Assembly (NCBI GenBank): GCA_963765205.1
Contig: CAVXVB010000005.1
Span: 288,001 to 352,000, forward strand
DNA length: 64,000 bases
Origin: an uncultured Verrucomicrobiae bacterium
Lineage (GTDB): Bacteria > Verrucomicrobiota > Verrucomicrobiia > Opitutales > JABDGR01
Direction of reading: 5' to 3'
A program made the translations under genes and the position numbers. The notes below the pieces were generated by a model, which was not told the DNA's origin, made no database searches, and was given only the letters and a program-made list of their open reading frames with translations. Within the stretch, counting starts at the first letter, position 1; each line of letters starts with the position of its first letter. Positions 59,659 through 64,000 of this stretch are shown here, piece by piece.

Positions 59659-62109
59659 CTAACTGCGAATCGTATATTTCCCGCCCGCCGTTAACGTTTG
59701 CTGAATCGCCGCGAGGGCTGTGTTCACTTCATCATCCTTGAGTGTGCGTTCGAGCGAGCGGAAGCGCAGCGCGAAGGCCAGGCTCTTTTTTCCCGGAGGC
59801 AAACCGGCGCCGGTGTAGAGGTCGAAAATCGCCACCGATTCCACCGTGAAGGCGCTGCCGGTTGCGGCGCGGGCGGCGGACTCGACTTCGCGGCGCACGG
59901 ATTCGGCGGGCGCGGTTTCGTCCACGACGAGCGCGAGGTCGCGCGTGGTCGGCGGATACGCCGAGAAGGGCTGGAAACGTGCGCGGGGTTTTAACTGCGC
60001 GAGAATGTCCGGCCGTACAAGCAATTCGCCGGCGAACACAAAACCGTCGAGGCCGTTTTCCTTCGTCAGCACCGGGCTGATGAGGCCGCATTTGATTTGA
60101 AAGCCGTTCTTTACCCAGCAGCCCGACTCGGCGGCGTGGCCGCTTTGCCACAGCGGGCGCGGGCCGATGGGTTGGAAATCCAAAGCGGCCGCATCCACGC
60201 CGAGCAAATGCGCGGCGAGTTGCGCGGCCAGGCCTTTCACGGCATAAAAATCCGGGGCCGCCGCGGGTTTCCACGAGCGCTCGCCGGTTTCACCGGGGAT
60301 GATAAAGGCGACGGCTTCCAATTCGCTGAGTTGCCCGTCGTTCTCGCGGAAGACGCGGCCGCATTCGGCGAGGCGGGGCAGGCCGTTGCCGTGGTCGGCG
60401 TTGCGCCGCAGGGCTTCGAGCAGGCCCGGCACCAGCGACGGGCGCAGGCCGCCCATTTCGGATGTGAGCGGGTTGGCGAGCGCGAGCACCGTGGCGTTGG
60501 TGTCGGCCTGCCATTTCGGGAATTCCGCGCAGTCGCGCAGCGTGTAATGCACGCATTCGGCGAATTGCCGCGCCGCGAGAAACTCCGCCGCGCGCACGCC
60601 GAACGTCCCCTGTGCGTCGTCCGCGCGGTCGGAGCCGGCGAGGGCCACAGGCGCGGCGGGAATTTTATCCGTGCCGTAAATGCGCAAAAACTCCTCGACC
60701 AAATCAATCGGTCGCGCCACTTCGCCGCGCGCGCTCGGCACGCTCACGCGCCAATGCGCGCCGGTGGCGTCGGAATGGACCGGAAACCCGAGCCGCTCAA
60801 ACACGCGGTGGATTTCTGAGTTGGAGACCGTGAAACCCAGGCGTTCGCGCACAAATTCCGGCGCGATTTCGATGACATGGCCTCCGCGTGGCGGCGCGCC
60901 ATGGACGGCGTAATGCGGTACGAGTTCGCCGCCCGCCGTCTCCAAAATCAAATCGAGCGCACGCCGCAGCGCGAGCGCGACGCCTGCGGGGTCCACGTCG
61001 CGCGCGAAACGCTGGGAACTGTCCGTATGCAGGCCGAGGAGGCGCGTGGCCTGGCGCACCGCGCCGGGGCGGAACCACGCACTTTCCAAAACAATGTCGG
61101 TAGTGCCAGAGTCCACTTCGGCGTCCACGCTGCCCATCACGCCCGCGACGACGAGCGGGCGTTCCGCGTCGGCGATGACGAGCACCGAGGGGTCGAGCGC
61201 GCGCTCCTTGCCGTCGAGCGTGGTGATTTTTTCGCCCGCCTGCGCCGCGCGCACGACGATTTCCGCGCCGCGGATTTTCGCGGCGTCAAAGGCGTGCAGC
61301 GGCTGGCCGAGTTCGAGCATGACCCAATTGGTCGCGTCCACCACGTTGTTGATCGCGCGCAGGCCGACGGCTTCGAGGTCGCGCTTGAGCCAGGCCGGGC
61401 TGGGGCCGATTTTCACGCCGCGCACGGCGGCGGCCAGATAATACGGGCAGTCCGCCGAGGTGACGCGCAGGGTCGTGAGCAAGTGGCCGGGGCCGGGCGC
61501 GGGTTGCGCGGCGGGCACGCACTTGGGCGCGGGCGGCGACAGGGGCTGGCCGTAAAGCGCGGCGAGTTCGCGCGCGACGCCGACATGGCTCCAGCAATCG
61601 CCGCGGTTCGCGGTGAGTTCGAGCGTGAAAACGGCGTCCGGCTCGGGAAATAGATTATTGATCGGCGTGCCGATTTCGGGCCGGCCTGCGAGAATCATCA
61701 GCCCGCCGTGGTCATCGCCCAGGCCGAGCTCCCTGGCGGAGCACATCATGCCGTCGCTCTCGACGCCGCGCAGCTTCGAGCGCTTGATCTTGAAATCCCC
61801 CGGCAACGCCGCGCCCGGCAGCGCGACGGGCACGCGGTCGCCCACCTTGTAGTTTTTCGCGCCGCACACGATTTGGCGCGGCGGCTCGTTCAACGCGGTT
61901 TGCACCGTGCAGACGGACAGCTTGTCCGCGTTCGGATGCTGGGCGCTCGTCAAAATCTCGCCGACGACGACCTGCGGCAGCCGCGGCAGGCCCTTGAGTT
62001 CGACGCTCTCGACCTCGTGCCCGATCATCGGCAACGCGCGGCGCAACTCCTCGGGCGAAACCGCGCCGAGGTTGACGTATTTTTTGAGCCAAGAAAGTGA
62101 AATTCGCAT
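59659..62109 (-). CDS. pheT: Phenylalanine-tRNA ligase beta subunit
   Basis: MRISLSWL, HPNADKL, IVCGA.N, NRGD, INNVVD.TN, DLVEE, RDLA and KKSLAF motifs. Confidence 0.97.
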   Translation of the reverse strand: MRISLSWLKKYVNLGAVSPEELRRALPMIGHEVESVELKGLPRLPQVVVGEILTSAQHPNADKLSVCTVQTALNEPPRQIVCGAKNYKVGDRVPVALPGAALPGDFKIKRSKLRGVESDGMMCSARELGLGDDHGGLMILAGRPEIGTPINNLFPEPDAVFTLELTANRGDCWSHVGVARELAALYGQPLSPPAPKCVPAAQPAPGPGHLLTTLRVTSADCPYYLAAAVRGVKIGPSPAWLKRDLEAVGLRAINNVVDATNWVMLELGQPLHAFDAAKIRGAEIVVRAAQAGEKITTLDGKERALDPSVLVIADAERPLVVAGVMGSVDAEVDSGTTDIVLESAWFRPGAVRQATRLLGLHTDSSQRFARDVDPAGVALALRRALDLILETAGGELVPHYAVHGAPPRGGHVIEIAPEFVRERLGFTVSNSEIHRVFERLGFPVHSDATGAHWRVSVPSARGEVARPIDLVEEFLRIYGTDKIPAAPVALAGSDRADDAQGTFGVRAAEFLAARQFAECVHYTLRDCAEFPKWQADTNATVLALANPLTSEMGGLRPSLVPGLLEALRRNADHGNGLPRLAECGRVFRENDGQLSELEAVAFIIPGETGERSWKPAAAPDFYAVKGLAAQLAAHLLGVDAAALDFQPIGPRPLWQSGHAAESGCWVKNGFQIKCGLISPVLTKENGLDGFVFAGELLVRPDILAQLKPRARFQPFSAYPPTTRDLALVVDETAPAESVRREVESAARAATGSAFTVESVAIFDLYTGAGLPPGKKSLAFALRFRSLERTLKDDEVNTALAAIQQTLTAGGKYTIRS

Positions 62110-62194
62110 AAACAATGAAGCAAAGCGCAAATAGTGTCCGGGAAGCAAGCTTCCGATGATTTGTCTCAGGCCATCGAGATGAATGGGCAGCTAT

Positions 62195-63154
62195 TCAGGT
62201 CCGGAACTGTTTTTTCCGCTCCAAAAGCTGCAACTGTGCTTCGTATTCTTCTTGGTGCCCGTTGGCTTCGTAGGCAAAGAAATCCTCGCCGTTCATTCCG
62301 GGATACAGGGCCGCCAATTTGGAGATAGATTTCACGGCCATCCGATAGTAGTCGGGGTCAATTTCGATGCCAATCGCCTGATGTCCCAGGGCCACCGCCG
62401 CCGCAATTGTCGAACCCGAACCCATGAATGGGTCGAGGATGACGCCTTCGCCCAACGGGAGAAGCGCGCGGATAAAAATTCGAAGCAGGTGTTGCGGTTT
62501 GAGCGAGGGATGATCGGCAATGGCACGCTCTCTGGCCGGGGTCTTGAAGCTCGGGATCACGTCGGGCAGCGGTTTTTCTCCCGCCAACATGCGCAAGCCG
62601 CCGGTGCCCCATTTGCGCAAATTTTGGGCCACGGTCCGCTCGGAAATCGGTTTGCGGAAGAGCATCCACGGTTCGTAATTGCCGCGCGGGGTGACGCAGA
62701 CTTGCGGGAATTCCGATTCCGCGTTTTTCGGCCGGTCGCCTCCGCGAAACCCATGATAAAGACGCAAAATGGTCGCCCGGCTTTCAAAGCCTTCCCGCAC
62801 CAGTGCGTTTTGCACATACATTTGCAGGGTGGAGTTGCTGGCAATCAACAAATGGCCGCCGGGCCTGATTTTCGGCCCCAGCACATGCGCCCACTGGTGG
62901 AAAAAATCCTCAATGGCTTGCTTTTGCTCCGCGGTCAGGATCGTAAAGCGGGGCAACGGGCGGCGTTTACAGCCATCCCAATCGGGTGGCAGCCGCCAAA
63001 TTCCCCCTTTGCCCTGCCGCAATTTCACCACCTCCTCGGCGGAAAATTCGACGAGGCCGTAGGGCGGATCGGTGCAGACTGCGTGCAAGGAGTCCGCCTC
63101 GAGCAAGCGGATGTGCTCCAGGCACTCGCCGAGGATTAATTTGGGAAAAGTCAT
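62195..63154 (-). CDS. Amino (N4/N6) DNA methyltransferase, beta class
   Basis: TDPPY precedes HPSLKP...ILDPFMGSGST, G.E.D..Y. Confidence 0.92.
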   Translation of the reverse strand: MTFPKLILGECLEHIRLLEADSLHAVCTDPPYGLVEFSAEEVVKLRQGKGGIWRLPPDWDGCKRRPLPRFTILTAEQKQAIEDFFHQWAHVLGPKIRPGGHLLIASNSTLQMYVQNALVREGFESRATILRLYHGFRGGDRPKNAESEFPQVCVTPRGNYEPWMLFRKPISERTVAQNLRKWGTGGLRMLAGEKPLPDVIPSFKTPARERAIADHPSLKPQHLLRIFIRALLPLGEGVILDPFMGSGSTIAAAVALGHQAIGIEIDPDYYRMAVKSISKLAALYPGMNGEDFFAYEANGHQEEYEAQLQLLERKKQFRT

Positions 63155-63155
63155 A

Positions 63156-63200
63156 TTTCAACTATAGTTGAAAGACAAGCAGGCTGTCAACTGATAGAAT
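63156..63200. promoter_or_regulatory. Overlapping divergent promoters with a perfect 18 bp palindrome (C-box-like operator)
   Basis: TTTCAACTATAGTTGAAA at 63156-63173. Minus strand TTGACA-N18-TATAGT-N6-ATG; plus strand extended -10 TGaTAGAAT. Confidence 0.65.
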
Positions 63201-63212
63201 CCACGTTTTTCC

Positions 63213-64000
63213 ATGGAAGCCAAGTCCGCAATCGGAGCCACCATTCGCCAGTTGCGCGAAGCCGCGGACCTATCGCAAGAGCGCCTGGCGGAACGCGCCG
63301 GCATCACCTATCAATATCTTTCCGCGGTCGAAAACGGCAAAGAAAACCTTTCCCTCGGCATCCTGGAGGCCTTGGCCAATGGACTGGGTTTGAGCCTGCC
63401 GGCCTTGGTGGAGCGCGCATTTGAGTCGCCGCGCATGATGCCATTGGTTCAGCGGCAATTTTTCATTGAGAAGGCTCCTTTACCGCCGCGCTTGACCATA
63501 TCGGGCGTGGAAGCTGCCTTGAATGAGACCCACAAAATCATCCGGCTCATCAATACGACCCTGACCAAGGTGGCTGAACGGCCGCTGTCAGCCTACATCC
63601 AGGGGAATAATTTTAGCGGAATTGTTTCCAACATCCTTTGCGATGCTTTGTCGCGGCTCACGCCCTATAAGCACAATCATGACCAACGCTATCCCGATCT
63701 CGTCTGTAAAACGGACAAAGGGAGCACGGTGGCCGGGTTGGAAATCAAAACCACCATTCGCCCGGGCAAGGGCGGCGAAAGCCATAATGGACATTCCGGC
63801 TGGCACATGGTGGCCTGTTTTTCGCTGGACAAGACGTTGGGCGACATTCGATTCATCCACATCATGTTCGCGGAGTTGATCGGCCACGGCAAACCCAAGG
63901 CGGACTGGAAATATGTTGGGAGCAAAGTCAACGAGGACACGGGAAGTCAGCGGACGGAGACTTACACAACCACCCCGGCGGGCACGGCCAAGCTAAGACA
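63213..64000 (+). CDS. XRE/C-protein HTH fused to a PD-(D/E)XK restriction endonuclease, runs off the window
   Basis: Manual translation (missing from the track): MEAKSAIGATIRQLREAADLSQERLAERAGITYQYLSAVENGKENLSL... then NNFSGIVS...RYPDL...GLEIKTT, in one uninterrupted frame. Confidence 0.82.
   Translation, partial: MEAKSAIGATIRQLREAADLSQERLAERAGITYQYLSAVENGKENLSLGILEALANGLGLSLPALVERAFESPRMMPLVQRQFFIEKAPLPPRLTISGVEAALNETHKIIRLINTTLTKVAERPLSAYIQGNNFSGIVSNILCDALSRLTPYKHNHDQRYPDLVCKTDKGSTVAGLEIKTTIRPGKGGESHNGHSGWHMVACFSLDKTLGDIRFIHIMFAELIGHGKPKADWKYVGSKVNEDTGSQRTETYTTTPAGTAKLR

Overview
GC-rich bacterial chromosomal window, most likely Verrucomicrobiota (Opitutia-like). This is inferred from a Minf_1886-family gene, rnhC, PVC-type short intergenic repeats and a PVC-type integrase N-terminus. 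The backbone is housekeeping: pfp, mutY, rnhC/rnhB, gltA, hisDCB..hisH, gap-pgk-tpiA, prs, lpxD/skp, thiD, rarA, rpsU and pheT. Accessory elements: (i) an ~8.6 kb island in tRNA-Lys(TTT) that duplicates the 5' half of the tRNA rather than the usual 3' end, with a truncated integrase and an HME-type RND efflux system plus a NarL-type two-component system; (ii) a complete 3,003 bp IS1-family element (perfect 18 bp TIRs, 8 bp TSD) carrying a trypsin-like protease, a small membrane protein, a small basic protein and a G.U-rich four-hairpin candidate ncRNA, inserted in an ORF6N gene remnant; (iii) an R-M locus whose nuclease is fused to an XRE/C-protein HTH; (iv) several TA-like pairs, two AT-rich islets and two pectin lyase genes. 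Several genes have single-base frameshifts, most at homopolymers, so assembly error is likely. All calls come from reading the sequence by eye; no searches were run.
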